Part shown: positions 36,434 to 46,725 of the stretch, in pieces
Layout: each line of letters starts with the position of its first letter
Position numbering within the stretch: the stretch's first letter is position 1
Assembly (NCBI GenBank): GCA_965219585.1
Contig: CBDCOA010000003.1
Span: 1,642,593 to 1,706,592 of the forward strand
Reading direction: 5' to 3'
Length of the DNA stretch: 64,000 bases
Source of the DNA: Bryobacterales bacterium
GTDB lineage: Bacteria > Acidobacteriota > Terriglobia > Bryobacterales > UBA6623
The notes under the pieces: generated by a model
Databases searched by the model: none
Told to the model about the DNA's origin: nothing
Seen by the model: only the letters and a program-made list of their open reading frames with translations
Position numbers and translations under genes: made by a program

Positions 36434-38898
36434 CTACCTAGTAGCCATAAGTATGCTGGACAACGGCCCTCCGCTATCGGCCCAGCACGTAGTTTTTCCC
36501 GCTCTCAAACCCAATTTCGTGTCCCAATGTGGCTCCTGTCAACCGCTCGTATCCGCGCCACATGATCTGATTGCCCGGCTGCGGATCTTGCTTGCGCGCC
36601 CGGTAGCCTCCCAGCCGCGCCACTAGCCGCACCGCCAGTCCCAGCCGTTGCGGTGCGTCCAGCCCGAAGCGTTGCGCATAGTCGCCCAGAAAGGCCAGCT
36701 CCGCCTCGGTGAACAGCAACTCCGCAGCACAGTCGGGCACCTGCCTGCCCAGCAGCGTCATCACCATGATGCGCCAGGCGATCACCGCGTTGATGGCGAT
36801 CGCACGCTGCAGCCGCGCCGCCGTGCGCAACTCCAGCCCCTCAACCTGGCAGCCGGATTTGAGGACCCGGAAGAAGTCCTCCACCCGCCAGCGCTGCAGG
36901 TAGTAGCGCACCACCTGCGTCGCCGCTGCGGCGTCGCCCACAGCCAAACTGGTCAGCAGGTACCACTGCACCGGCTGCTCGCCCTGCGGCGGGTTCGTCT
37001 CCACGACATGCACCCCGCGCAGAGCGACCGGCTCGCCCTGCCCGCCGGTCGCCGGCAGCGTCAACTGGCGGTAGCGCAGCTCGCATGTTGCCAGCCGTTT
37101 CACCCGCTTCGGCCGGGCCTGCTTGCGGCTCGACTTCGGCCGCTGTGTCAGTCCCTCGATCTCCACCTCCAGCGTCCCGTCGGCCGCCCCGCCCGCCAGC
37201 TTCGCGAACAGCTTGCCGTCCGCGCCGCCCAGCCGCCGGTCGTGCTTGGCCCGCACCAGCACCTCCACCCGGCCGCTCCGCCGCTGCTCGTCGAACAATC
37301 CGAAAAAGTCCGCCTCGCGGTCCATCACCGCGATCACGCGCGTCCGCCGCGTCAGCCCCCGCGCCGCTGCGGCGATGTCCCGCCAGCCCTCGATCCAACG
37401 CTGCGACTTGCCCGCCGGCGGCGTCCCGAACCCGCACCGCAACACCCCCAGCGGCAGGCCCCGCGCAGTCGTCGCCAGCGTCAGGTGCAGGTGCAGCCCG
37501 CGCGTCTTGCTCGCCGTCTGGTTGCGCCCCACCACCTCCAAACCCGCGCAGCCCGGCCGCGTCGCGAAATTCAGGTCGCTGCCGTCTTGGATACACAGCA
37601 CCGTCTCCTGCTGCCGCATCCGCTCCACGCTCCGCTCGCGGTGCGGTGCCAAGATCCGCTCCGGCGTCACCTCCCCCTCCTCCGGCTGCTCCAAGAACCG
37701 GTAATAGCCGTCGATGGCCGCATTGTCCGCCCGCGGGTGCGCCGCCAGCCTCCGTCCCGGCACCTCCCCCAGCAACTCCGCGCTGCGCACCAGTCGTGTC
37801 GTCAACCGCTTGTCTCCCATCTGCGCACCCCCAAACTCCTGCGCCGCCCAACTGCTCGCAGCCAGACCCGCGCCCGCTTCCCGCTGCGCTGCCGCTGCCA
37901 CCGGCGGCACCCCCAGTTGCCGCCGCCAGTCCCGCCGCAACTCGTACATGTAGACCGTCTTCACACCGGCCGCGTACTGATTGTCGCGATCCTGCCGCCC
38001 GCGCCCCGCCGTCTGCCCCACCGCCACGAAATTCGCCGCCCGCAGGCTCGTCCCCAACTGCTCCTGCGCCACGAACGTCTCCACCAGCCACGGCTCGTAC
38101 CCATAGCGCTGCCGGAAATCCCCCGGCAGCCGCCGCAGCGCCCGCCCCAGCACGTGGCTGGCCAAGTTCTGACAGCCCCCCCGGATCAGAAACCGGCTCA
38201 GTCCCACCACCAGGTCCAGGTGCGCCCGCCGTTGCGCATCGCTCCACGCCATCCAGCGCTCCCGCGCCGCCAGCCGCAGGGCTGCCGCCGAGAACCCCAA
38301 CGCTGCCAGCCAGCCGTGCTCCGACCCCACCAGGTAGCGCATCTGCGCCCCCGCGAAGGTCGTCAATCCCTGGCGGTGCTCCCGCTCGATCAGTGTGTTC
38401 CAGACCCGCCGTTGCGCCGCCGCTGCCACCGGCTCCAGCGTCAGCCCCTGCACCAAAGCCAACTCGGCCGGCACCGTGGCCGCCAATTCCACCGCGCCCT
38501 CCGCCAGCAGCGCCGGCCGCCCGCTGTTGGGGATGCCTGCCCCAGCCGCCGGCAGCACGATCCGCGCGTCTCGCTCAGCCAGCGTACCCAGCGCCTTGAG
38601 ACAACCGGCCAGCTGCAGCCGCCCGCGCCGGTCACGGAAGCCGAACTCCTCGCAGATGCGCCGTCCGGCCGCTCGTCGGCTGGCGAATGCTTCTTGGGCG
38701 AGAATCGCACCGACGCGCTGGCGTGCCGCCGCGTCGGCGAGCGTACGCTGGATCTGGGACTGCTGCCTCACTTCCTATCGTGTAGCATGGCGGAGGTGGC
38801 GTTGTCCAGTGCTTTTCCAAGGAAAGTTCGGCCTACGCTTGGAAGACTGACGGACAGCGGGGCAGCGTTGCCCAGTGAACCTTATGGCTACTCGGTAG
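36434..38898 (-). mobile_element. Complete IS4-family (IS50/Tn5-like) element, 2465 bp
   Basis: 19-bp TIRs CTACCTAGTAGCCATAAGT / CTACCGAGTAGCCATAAGG; 8-bp TSD AGCTAGCG at 36426-36433 and 38899-38906. Confidence 0.95.
36474..38771 (-). CDS. IS4-family transposase with a ~280-aa N-terminal DUF4338/Mom-like domain
   Basis: WAAQEFGGAQMGDKRL, CIQDGSDL, VMDREADFF, YLQRWRVEDFFRVLK (YREK); N-domain LSRFLI...NLASHVLG...LVETFV...GTSLRAANFVAVGQTAG. Confidence 0.9.
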   Translation of the reverse strand: MRQQSQIQRTLADAAARQRVGAILAQEAFASRRAAGRRICEEFGFRDRRGRLQLAGCLKALGTLAERDARIVLPAAGAGIPNSGRPALLAEGAVELAATVPAELALVQGLTLEPVAAAAQRRVWNTLIEREHRQGLTTFAGAQMRYLVGSEHGWLAALGFSAAALRLAARERWMAWSDAQRRAHLDLVVGLSRFLIRGGCQNLASHVLGRALRRLPGDFRQRYGYEPWLVETFVAQEQLGTSLRAANFVAVGQTAGRGRQDRDNQYAAGVKTVYMYELRRDWRRQLGVPPVAAAAQREAGAGLAASSWAAQEFGGAQMGDKRLTTRLVRSAELLGEVPGRRLAAHPRADNAAIDGYYRFLEQPEEGEVTPERILAPHRERSVERMRQQETVLCIQDGSDLNFATRPGCAGLEVVGRNQTASKTRGLHLHLTLATTARGLPLGVLRCGFGTPPAGKSQRWIEGWRDIAAAARGLTRRTRVIAVMDREADFFGLFDEQRRSGRVEVLVRAKHDRRLGGADGKLFAKLAGGAADGTLEVEIEGLTQRPKSSRKQARPKRVKRLATCELRYRQLTLPATGGQGEPVALRGVHVVETNPPQGEQPVQWYLLTSLAVGDAAAATQVVRYYLQRWRVEDFFRVLKSGCQVEGLELRTAARLQRAIAINAVIAWRIMVMTLLGRQVPDCAAELLFTEAELAFLGDYAQRFGLDAPQRLGLAVRLVARLGGYRARKQDPQPGNQIMWRGYERLTGATLGHEIGFESGKNYVLGR

Positions 38899-39166
38899 AG
38901 CTAGCGAGCGAACGCCTCCGGCGTCAGCCCGTAGCCGCTTGTGCTTTCTCGGATTGGGTCCGTCGCAATGTGCCGAGGTCAGCATCGATGTCGATTGCGG
39001 AGCCGCAGGGTGGCTGTCAACAGTCCGCGGCCGAAGAGCTCGGCAGCGACCCGGGATCGGTTCAGCGCCGGGATCATCGCGTCAGCGAAACGGCCCTGCA
39101 CGCACTCGGAACGCGGGTCTTGGAACATTGTTGCGAGGACTGCCGAAACATCCAGCCCAGCCCCGG

Positions 39167-39410
39167 CCATTTCCGCGCTTCAGCACCGCTGACGCTTTCG
39201 AGGAGAGCGCCCTTCGTGCGGGAGCGATTCGAGCCATCTGCTCTTGTACTGGTCGCAGTCCCTGCCACCAAGTCGTGATTGCGAATTGGGCGTCGACGAC
39301 CTTGATCAACTGGGCTGCCCGACACCCATCCACGTGGAGCAACCTGCTCGGTTGCGCCGGGACCACCATCGGACCGTTCTCCGACATCGCACACTGAACT
39401 GGACACTGCG
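39167..39410 (-). pseudogene. Decayed AbrB/VapB-type antitoxin (boundaries approximate)
   Basis: SVQFSVR / MSENGPMVVPAQ...IKVVDAQFAITT...LRPVQEQMARIAPARRALS resembles SpoVT/AbrB antitoxins; directly upstream of the vapC relic. Confidence 0.5.
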
Positions 39411-39664
39411 GGAGCCCAGCGTGGCTGAGATCCGAGTTTCACAAGGATCCAGCACGATGTTCAGAACATCTTCACAGCGGGAAATAGGTGTTGTCAATGA
39501 CCGCTCGGTTGCGGACTTGAGCCGCTTCGCCGCCGACTGGAACGTGATTCTTGTCAACCTGAGATACTACGCCGACAGCCTGCCGAGACCATGCACTGTT
39601 GGTTGAGTAGCATGGGTGAACGGGGGCTCCTTGAACCAAGCAGACTGCACCAAGAGGAGAAGAA

Positions 39665-42600
39665 GTGACTGATCCAAGGCAGCACCAAGCGCAGGATCGC
39701 TTGTGGGAGCAGTACAAATCACTCGACAGCGAGTCCAAACGAGCATTGGAATTGCTCTCGGTCGTTTACCGTCCGGTCCACAAGACGACAGCGATCAACT
39801 ACCTGAAATCAGCCGAGATCGGCGGGAACGACAAATCCCCGGCAGCGGACACCCGACTAGGTCGCTTGGTCGTTGCCCTTCGGCGCCGACGCTTGCTGGT
39901 TGGCCGCGACTACGAGATTGCCTGCAATGCGCACATCGTTGACAGGGTGACGCGCGAGGCTGAGCGGTGCGGCCGCCTGCAAGGGGCCGTCGAGGCTGTG
40001 GCGCGCCACGAGCGGGGAGAATCTGGCGCCTACGAAGCGCGGAGGAAATTTGGCTATTGGAATAGTTTCGAGTTGATTTCGGACCTGCGGGCGACGGTGT
40101 TCTTGAATGATCCAGAGGAGTTCCTGCGGGTTTTCAAGATGGGCGGAGCTTACGGGGACCACATTGAGGCGGGGGTCGGCGCGCTGATGCAGATTTGCCG
40201 TGACCCGCGGGACGCTGACTGGTTTGCAGCTAGGCATCCTACGATCCGCCGGACTGTCTTGGCCCCAATCATCGCCGCTGCGCAGCTCCAGCTCGCTCCG
40301 GCAGAGACACATGTGGAGATGCTGAGAGGGGTGGCGGGCGATGAAGGACACGATGACACCGAAACGGCCTTGCTCTTCAAGCATGAGCTGCTGTGCGGCC
40401 GCTTGGACCGCTTAGAGTCGCTGAGATTTCGCGAGTCCGAATCGGCTAGCAGCATGCATCGTGGCTGGGAGCGCTGCGTGCGCGGGGATTACAGTGGCGC
40501 GGTCGAGGAATTTGAACGATCGCTGAAGGCGCTCAAGAAGGCTAGCGGGCGGAGGCGCGTCGACTTGCCACAGGAACTTGAGGTCTTCTACATACACGCC
40601 CTGCTGGCGGCGGGCGAGGGCGGCGGGACCGGGCGCGCGGAGAAATATCTCCAAGCATCGAAGGTTCCTGAATGGGTATCTCCTCACCTGAGAGACCTCC
40701 AGCTCAGGGTGGTTGACTTCGTGAACGGCAAGCCCTGGCGTCCGCTCGAATCGCCCACCATGAGCGACGAATTCTCACTGTTGCTGCCCGTGGAGCAGAT
40801 TTATGCGTACGCCGCTCTGTGCTGGGGGGATATCCGCGCCGCTCGCCAGTTCCGCCGCAACATCGAGGATTTGCGCAGGCAGGCCAGTGAGCATGGCTAC
40901 GCGTGGGTCGCTGCGGAGGCCTCGTCGCTGCTGGCTCGATTGAGCGGCGAGGCGAGCCAGGTCGAATCCGCCCGCGAGACCCACGGGCGAATGGGCACGG
41001 TTTCTGTCGTGGATGGCCTTCTGGAGCGGGAGCCGTGGGAGCGGAGCTTGGTCGCCTTGGAGCGCATGACCGATCGGATCGCAATCGGTAGCAGGGCACC
41101 CGCGGGGGAGTCGCGCCTCACGTGGCGCGTCGATCTGTCGGCACCTCACCATCCCAGCGTCCAGCCATTCGAGCAGAGGCGGGGGAAGACAGGACGCTGG
41201 TCGGCAGGGCGGTCAGTCGCGCTCAAGCGCCTGTTCGAGCGTGATGGAGTTGATTACCTCAGCCAGCAAGACAATCTGGTCTGCAAGGCGATCTCCTTGG
41301 ACCAGTACAGCGTATTCGGCGGGAGAGGAGGTTACTTCATCGACGACACGGAGGCGCTGCAGGCGTTGGCTGGGCACCCCTTAGTGTTCCGTGCCGATGC
41401 CCCGAAGACAGCGTTGGAGATCGTGCGCCATGAGCCGCAGCTGCGGGTCGCGAGCGCGGGCAACAAGGTCCGTGTCGAGATCGTGCCGGAACCGCCCGAC
41501 GTCGGCAGCGTGCTGGTGACCGTCGAGGGTGCCAACCGCCTGAGCGTCACGTCGTTCGAAGACAGGCACAGGGAGATTCACGCCGTGCTGGGGGCCGGGG
41601 GATTGGTCGTCCCCGAGGGTTCCAAGGATCGGGTTGCCAAGGCGATTCTGTCCGTCAGCGATCTGGTCACGGTCCACTCCGATATCGAGGGCGCTGCCGG
41701 CGACGCCGCAACAATCGCATCCGATCCCACGCCCGAATTCCACCTCACTCCGTTGGACAGCGGCCTCCGCGTGGAGGCGTACGTGCGTCCGTGCTCGGAC
41801 GATGGGCCAGCCTTCACGCCCGGCGAGGGGGGCACCGTGGTGTATGCGACAGTCGCGGGCAAGCGCTCGCGGGCCAGTCGGGACCTAGCCGAGGAGACTA
41901 GCCGCCATAAGGCGGCGGTGGCGTCATGCCGAACGCTGAAAAAGGCCGCTTGGGACCACTCGGGGTGGACCCTGCCTGATCCGCTCGATTGCTTGGAACT
42001 GGTGGACGAGCTGAAAGGGCTCGGCGATGCGGTCAAGGTGGCCTGGCCGAAGGGCGAGACGCTGCGGCTTTCGCATCGGGCCACTTCTGATCACTTCTCT
42101 CTCAAGATCCGCGAGAAGCGCGATTGGTTCGCCATAGACGGCAAGCTGGAACTCGAGTCCGGGCTGGTGCTGAGCCTGCGCGAGTTGCTCGACCACATGG
42201 AGAACGCCTCGGGCCGGTTCGTGCGGCTGGGGGAGAAGGACTTCATCGCTTTGAGCGACCGCTTTCGCCACCATGTCGAGGAGCTGGCGGCTTACGTGGA
42301 CCGCCACGGAAAGGGCATGCGCTTCCATTCCAGCCGCGCCCACGCTCTGGAAGGGCTGGTGGCTGATGCCGGGGCCGTGGACTCCGACGCGGGTTGGTCC
42401 AAGCGCCTGCGGCAGTTTCAGGAGGCGCTTGCGCTGGACCCGAAGCTTCCCTCGACAATCCAGGCCGACCTCCGCGAATACCAGGCGGAGGGGTACCGCT
42501 GGGCAGCCAGGCTAGCTACTTGGGGCGCGGGTGCCTGCTTGGCTGACGACATGGGTCTCGGCAAGACGCTGCAGGCGCTGACTGTGGCTGTCGCCCGCGC

Positions 42601-43843
42601 CCCCCAGGGCCCTACGCTGGCTGTGGCCCCGACTTCGGTCTGCCCCAACTGGATCGATGAGGCGCGTCGATTCGCACCGACGTTGCGGCCGATCATGCTG
42701 GGCCCTGGCGATCGCGCAAAGACGCTGCAGGCGGCCGGGCCGTTCGACCTGATCATTTCCAGCTACGGCCTGCTTAATCAAGAGGTCGACCTGCTTGCCC
42801 AGGTGAACTGGGAGATGGTCGTCCTGGACGAGGCGCAGGCGATCAAGAACCGCCTGACGATGCGCTCGCGCGCCGCGATGAGACTGAACGGCCGCTTCAA
42901 GATGATCACCACCGGAACGCCCGTGGAGAATCACTTGGGCGAGTTGTGGAATCTGTTCCAATTCATCAATCCCGGGCTGTTGGGCTCTACCGATTCCTTC
43001 AGCCAGAAGTTCGGCACGCCTATCCACCAGCACTCTGACGCGGAGGCGCGACAGCGCCTGAAGCGGCTGATCCAGCCGTTCATCTTGCGACGCACGAAGT
43101 CAGCGGTGTTGGAGGAGTTGCCGGCGAGGACTGAGATCACCATCAAGGTGGCGATGAAGGACGAGGAGCGGGCACTGTACGAGGCAGTGCGGTTGCGGGC
43201 CGTGGAAGCTCTCCAAGACGAGTCTCCGGAGGAGGCGGCGAAGAGCCACATCAAGATCTTGGCGCAAATTATGAAGCTGCGGCGGGCATGCTGCCATCCA
43301 CAATTGGTCATGCCGGAGACGAGCATTCCCGGATCGAAGCTGGAGGCCTTTGCTTACACTGTCGAAGATCTGCTCGCCAACGGCCACAAGGCCTTGGTGT
43401 TCAGCCAGTTTGTTGACCATCTGCGCATCGTAGGAGAGCACCTGGACCAGAAAGGTATCGAGTACCGCTACCTTGACGGAAGCACCCCTTCCAAGACCCG
43501 CAAACAAGAGGTCGATGCGTTCCAAGCCGGTCAGGGGGATCTGTTCCTGATCAGCCTCCGGGCCGGAGGGCAGGGACTGAACCTGACCGCCGCCGACTAC
43601 GTGATTCACTTGGATCCTTGGTGGAATCCGGCGGTCGAGGACCAAGCGTCGGACCGAGCGCACCGCATCGGGCAGACGCGGCCCGTGACGATCTATCGGC
43701 TAGTCATGCGCGACACCATCGAGGAGAAGATCGTAGACCTGCACGGCGCCAAGCGCGACCTCGCTGAGAACCTTCTCGAGGGGGCGGACATGACCGGGAA
43801 GATGTCCGCTGACGAGTTGCTGGCGTTGCTGCGCGAGGGATGA
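39665..43843 (+). CDS. SWI2/SNF2-family ATPase, 1392 aa
   Basis: LADDMGLGKT, DEAQ, TGTPVEN, VFSQF, LDGST, SLRAGGQGLNL, DPWWNPAVEDQASDRAHRIGQ. Confidence 0.97.
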   Translation: MTDPRQHQAQDRLWEQYKSLDSESKRALELLSVVYRPVHKTTAINYLKSAEIGGNDKSPAADTRLGRLVVALRRRRLLVGRDYEIACNAHIVDRVTREAERCGRLQGAVEAVARHERGESGAYEARRKFGYWNSFELISDLRATVFLNDPEEFLRVFKMGGAYGDHIEAGVGALMQICRDPRDADWFAARHPTIRRTVLAPIIAAAQLQLAPAETHVEMLRGVAGDEGHDDTETALLFKHELLCGRLDRLESLRFRESESASSMHRGWERCVRGDYSGAVEEFERSLKALKKASGRRRVDLPQELEVFYIHALLAAGEGGGTGRAEKYLQASKVPEWVSPHLRDLQLRVVDFVNGKPWRPLESPTMSDEFSLLLPVEQIYAYAALCWGDIRAARQFRRNIEDLRRQASEHGYAWVAAEASSLLARLSGEASQVESARETHGRMGTVSVVDGLLEREPWERSLVALERMTDRIAIGSRAPAGESRLTWRVDLSAPHHPSVQPFEQRRGKTGRWSAGRSVALKRLFERDGVDYLSQQDNLVCKAISLDQYSVFGGRGGYFIDDTEALQALAGHPLVFRADAPKTALEIVRHEPQLRVASAGNKVRVEIVPEPPDVGSVLVTVEGANRLSVTSFEDRHREIHAVLGAGGLVVPEGSKDRVAKAILSVSDLVTVHSDIEGAAGDAATIASDPTPEFHLTPLDSGLRVEAYVRPCSDDGPAFTPGEGGTVVYATVAGKRSRASRDLAEETSRHKAAVASCRTLKKAAWDHSGWTLPDPLDCLELVDELKGLGDAVKVAWPKGETLRLSHRATSDHFSLKIREKRDWFAIDGKLELESGLVLSLRELLDHMENASGRFVRLGEKDFIALSDRFRHHVEELAAYVDRHGKGMRFHSSRAHALEGLVADAGAVDSDAGWSKRLRQFQEALALDPKLPSTIQADLREYQAEGYRWAARLATWGAGACLADDMGLGKTLQALTVAVARAPQGPTLAVAPTSVCPNWIDEARRFAPTLRPIMLGPGDRAKTLQAAGPFDLIISSYGLLNQEVDLLAQVNWEMVVLDEAQAIKNRLTMRSRAAMRLNGRFKMITTGTPVENHLGELWNLFQFINPGLLGSTDSFSQKFGTPIHQHSDAEARQRLKRLIQPFILRRTKSAVLEELPARTEITIKVAMKDEERALYEAVRLRAVEALQDESPEEAAKSHIKILAQIMKLRRACCHPQLVMPETSIPGSKLEAFAYTVEDLLANGHKALVFSQFVDHLRIVGEHLDQKGIEYRYLDGSTPSKTRKQEVDAFQAGQGDLFLISLRAGGQGLNLTAADYVIHLDPWWNPAVEDQASDRAHRIGQTRPVTIYRLVMRDTIEEKIVDLHGAKRDLAENLLEGADMTGKMSADELLALLREG

Positions 43844-44239
43844 TCGATTCGCTCCCTTGCCTGCGATAGCCTTCTACGGCGCACACCTCTTCAGAGCTGG
43901 CGCCGAGTCGGTTGGACTCGTGGGGCGGCGCAGGTGCAGAGTCCACCGGCGACCGCCGTGCGTCGCAGCGTCCACATGGCACGCGGCGTTACTCCAAGAA
44001 GGCCCTCACAGCAGCGCGGGCCAAGACCTTCGGCTGCCCGTCGCGGGCGGGTCGGATCTAGTCCAAGACTCCGTCGGCGGGCAGCATGGCTGGAATCAAG
44101 ACCGGAGACTTCCGGATGCGAGAGTCCGCCGAAGACCGTGAATCTCGCAGGCGGACTTGCCTGCACAGGTCACCAGTGAATCGCCTGAATTCGCGTTGCT
44201 AGGCAAAGAGTCTGGCCGACGCCTCGGATATCATGAGGC

Positions 44240-45520
44240 ATGCTCGATCTCAGGCTACGGCGCCCAGTCCTCACGCTTTGCCTAGCCGCAGCGCTGAGTG
44301 CATACGACCTAGCCCCGGCGCAAGTCCTCGCCCCGGCAGTCCCTGAAAGCGAAGCTGTCTCGTCCGAGCGCCTTGGGCGGCTCACTTCCACGCTGCAGCA
44401 ATATGTTGACGACCGGCAACTGGCTGGCGCGGTTGCCCTGATAGCCCGGCATGGTCGAGTCGTCTACCACGAGGCCGTCGGCATGCGTGACATCGAGTCC
44501 AGCGATGCGATGCGGAAGGACGCCATCTTCCGCATCGCGTCCCAGACCAAGGCACTGGTCAGCGTGGCGGTCATTGCCCTGCAAGAGCAGGGCAAGCTGC
44601 TCATCAGTGACGACCTGTCCAAATACTTGCCGGAATTCGAGGCGACGACCGTGGCCGTCAAGCAGGATGACGGCGGCTACAAGGTCGAACCGAGCCGCCG
44701 CCCGATCACGCTTCGCGATCTGCTCACGCATACCGCGGGCATCGACTATGGCACCGGTATTGCCGAGGACCTGTGGGCCAAGGCCGATATCCAAGGGTGG
44801 TATTTCGCCCACCGGGGCGAGGCCGCGCGCGACACCGTCGCTCGGATGGCCTCGCTGCCGTTCGCAGCGCACCCCGGCGAGCGTTTCGTCTACGGCTACA
44901 ACACCGACATATTGGGCGCGGTCATCGAGCGCGTCAGCGGCCAGTCCCTCGACGCTTTCTTGCGCGAGGCGATTTTCGACCCGCTGGGGATGCACGATAC
45001 GCACTTCTACCTTCCTCCCGGCAAGGTGGGCCGGCTGGCAACGGTCTACTCCGCAACCGACCGCGGCCTGAAGCGGGCGCCGGAGCCGGGCCTCGGAATA
45101 GGGCAGGGTCACTACGTCACGGGCCCGCGCGTCAGCTTTTCCGGCGGGGCGGGACTGCTGTCCACCGCAAAGGACTACGCGCGCTTCCTGCAGATGATGC
45201 TAAACGGCGGCAGCTTGGACGGCAGGCGTGTGTTGAGCCGCAAGAGCGTAGAGCTCATGACTGTCGACCACCTGAACGGGATCCCGTTCCGCGCCGGCCA
45301 AGGCTTCGGGCTGGGATTCTCGGTCGTCACGGATCTCGGCGCACGGGGCCAACCGGGCAGCGAGGGCGAGTTCGGCTGGGGCGGGGCCTACCACTCGACG
45401 TACTGGGTCGATCCTCAGGAAGGGCTCGTGGTGGTCTATTTGACCCAGCTCATACCGGCGAATGGGCTCGACGAACACTCGAAGCTTCGGGCACTGGTCT
45501 ATCAGGCGCTCACGGACTAG
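44240..45520 (+). CDS. Exported serine hydrolase, beta-lactamase (class C/EstB-like) family
   Basis: Signal peptide, FRIASQTK (SxxK), LLTHTAG, YGYN, GGAGLLST, FGWGG. Confidence 0.92.
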   Translation: MLDLRLRRPVLTLCLAAALSAYDLAPAQVLAPAVPESEAVSSERLGRLTSTLQQYVDDRQLAGAVALIARHGRVVYHEAVGMRDIESSDAMRKDAIFRIASQTKALVSVAVIALQEQGKLLISDDLSKYLPEFEATTVAVKQDDGGYKVEPSRRPITLRDLLTHTAGIDYGTGIAEDLWAKADIQGWYFAHRGEAARDTVARMASLPFAAHPGERFVYGYNTDILGAVIERVSGQSLDAFLREAIFDPLGMHDTHFYLPPGKVGRLATVYSATDRGLKRAPEPGLGIGQGHYVTGPRVSFSGGAGLLSTAKDYARFLQMMLNGGSLDGRRVLSRKSVELMTVDHLNGIPFRAGQGFGLGFSVVTDLGARGQPGSEGEFGWGGAYHSTYWVDPQEGLVVVYLTQLIPANGLDEHSKLRALVYQALTD

Positions 45521-45718
45521 AGCTCTCGCTGGAGGCATGCGCGACAGATCTCGCTATCCGGAGCCGGTGCCATGCTGACCGTTCGAATCTTGCCATCGGT
45601 TGTGACGAAGCGCATCGCCGCAGCAATGGTCCGCAGCGACCGTCGGCCGGCTCCGCGCCAGCCGGCTACAAGAATGGAACTCGCTCCGTCCCAACTACCG
45701 GTGTTCCACAATGGAGTC

Positions 45719-46693
45719 ATGAAACGTGCGCTGTTGCTGGTGCCGCTGCTGAGTCTCTCGAGCCTGTTCGCGGAGACCGTTTCTCTGACGCGCGATGGCA
45801 ACCGCATCGAAGTGACGATCGACGGACAGCCTTTCACGTCGTTCTACTTCGGCTCCGAGGCAACCAAACCGTACCTGCACCCGCTGCGGTCCTCTGACGG
45901 CACGGTCGTGACACGCGGCTATCCAATGGAGGAGATCGCGGGCGAGCAGACGGATCATCGCCATCACCGCGGCGCGTGGTTCAGCCACGGAAACGTCAAC
46001 GCCATCGATTTCTGGGCCAACGAGCCCGAACAGCGCAACCGAGGCATGAAGAAGGGCATCATCGCCCACAGGTCGATCGACTCGGTCGAGTCCGGCGCAG
46101 ACAGCGGCAGTATCTCAGCCACGTTCGACTGGAATGACCTCAGCGGGAAGACCCTCGTGTCGGAACGTCGAACAATGAACTTCCATCGAGTCGACGGGAA
46201 CAACATCGTGGACTTCGACATTGTGCTCAGCGCGGAGAGCGAAACGGTGAAGTTCGGGGACACCAAGGAAGGCACGTTCGCCGTACGGATGGCTACCGAG
46301 CTCGAAGAGCAGCACTTCCGGGCCAAGGGCATTCCCCGGACCGGCACGATCACGAACGCGCACGACGCCAAAACCGAGGCCAACACCTGGGGCAAGCGCT
46401 CGCCCTGGGTGGACTATGCAGGCAGCATCAAGGGAAAGCCCAAGGGAATCGCCATCTTCGACCATCCGGAGAACCCTAAGCATCCGACCTACTGGCACGT
46501 GCGCGGATACGGTCTGTTCGCCGCCAATGTGTTCGGCGAGCACGACTTTCACGCTGACGCCAGCCGGGACGGCAGTATCACTCTCGCCAAGGGCGAAACG
46601 CTCCGCTTCCGCTACCGCGTCGTCATCCACGAAGGACTGGGTGGTGGCGAGGCGATCAATCGCATGTTTCGGGATTGGGCCGATTCCAAGTAG
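45719..46693 (+). CDS. Exported protein of the DUF6807 ('PmoA family') type
   Basis: Signal peptide at MKRALLL; KPYLHPL, DHRHHRG, DHPENP, WHVRGYGLF. Confidence 0.75.
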   Translation: MKRALLLVPLLSLSSLFAETVSLTRDGNRIEVTIDGQPFTSFYFGSEATKPYLHPLRSSDGTVVTRGYPMEEIAGEQTDHRHHRGAWFSHGNVNAIDFWANEPEQRNRGMKKGIIAHRSIDSVESGADSGSISATFDWNDLSGKTLVSERRTMNFHRVDGNNIVDFDIVLSAESETVKFGDTKEGTFAVRMATELEEQHFRAKGIPRTGTITNAHDAKTEANTWGKRSPWVDYAGSIKGKPKGIAIFDHPENPKHPTYWHVRGYGLFAANVFGEHDFHADASRDGSITLAKGETLRFRYRVVIHEGLGGGEAINRMFRDWADSK

Positions 46694-46725
46694 GACACCT
46701 GGCATCCAGACCTGTCACCGGCGGC

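Larger units (their letters stand above)
36318..39170 (-). pseudogene. Decayed VapC/PIN toxin split by the IS4 element
   Basis: 5' part LDVSAVLATMFQDPRSECVQGRFADAMIPALNRSRVAAELFGRG; 3' part across the IS LALASRLAVVTKDRVWAEV...EVRLVV; frameshifted between the two. Confidence 0.65.

Noticed and set aside
36474-38771. Druantia anti-phage system (DUF4338/DruA-like domain)
   Set aside because: The domain is fused to a transposase inside TIRs and a TSD; no recognisable Dru partner genes, and the nearby helicase is SNF2-type
36648-39278. 876-aa plus-strand ORF and similar long antisense ORFs (e.g. 34090-35598, 8405-9706, 17543-18997)
   Set aside because: Shadow frames of real GC-rich genes; low-complexity Arg/Pro/Ala sequence with no motifs
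43844-44239. Structured ncRNA in the intergenic gap after SNF2
   Set aside because: Only one 8-bp stem (AGTCCGCC/GGCGGACT) and no recognisable RNA family
44240-45520. Antibiotic-resistance beta-lactamase
   Set aside because: The motifs fit the broad serine hydrolase/esterase family; substrate cannot be inferred
45719-46693. Methane monooxygenase, from the 'PmoA family' label
   Set aside because: Soluble exported protein, no pmoCB and no TM bundle; the label is a known misnomer
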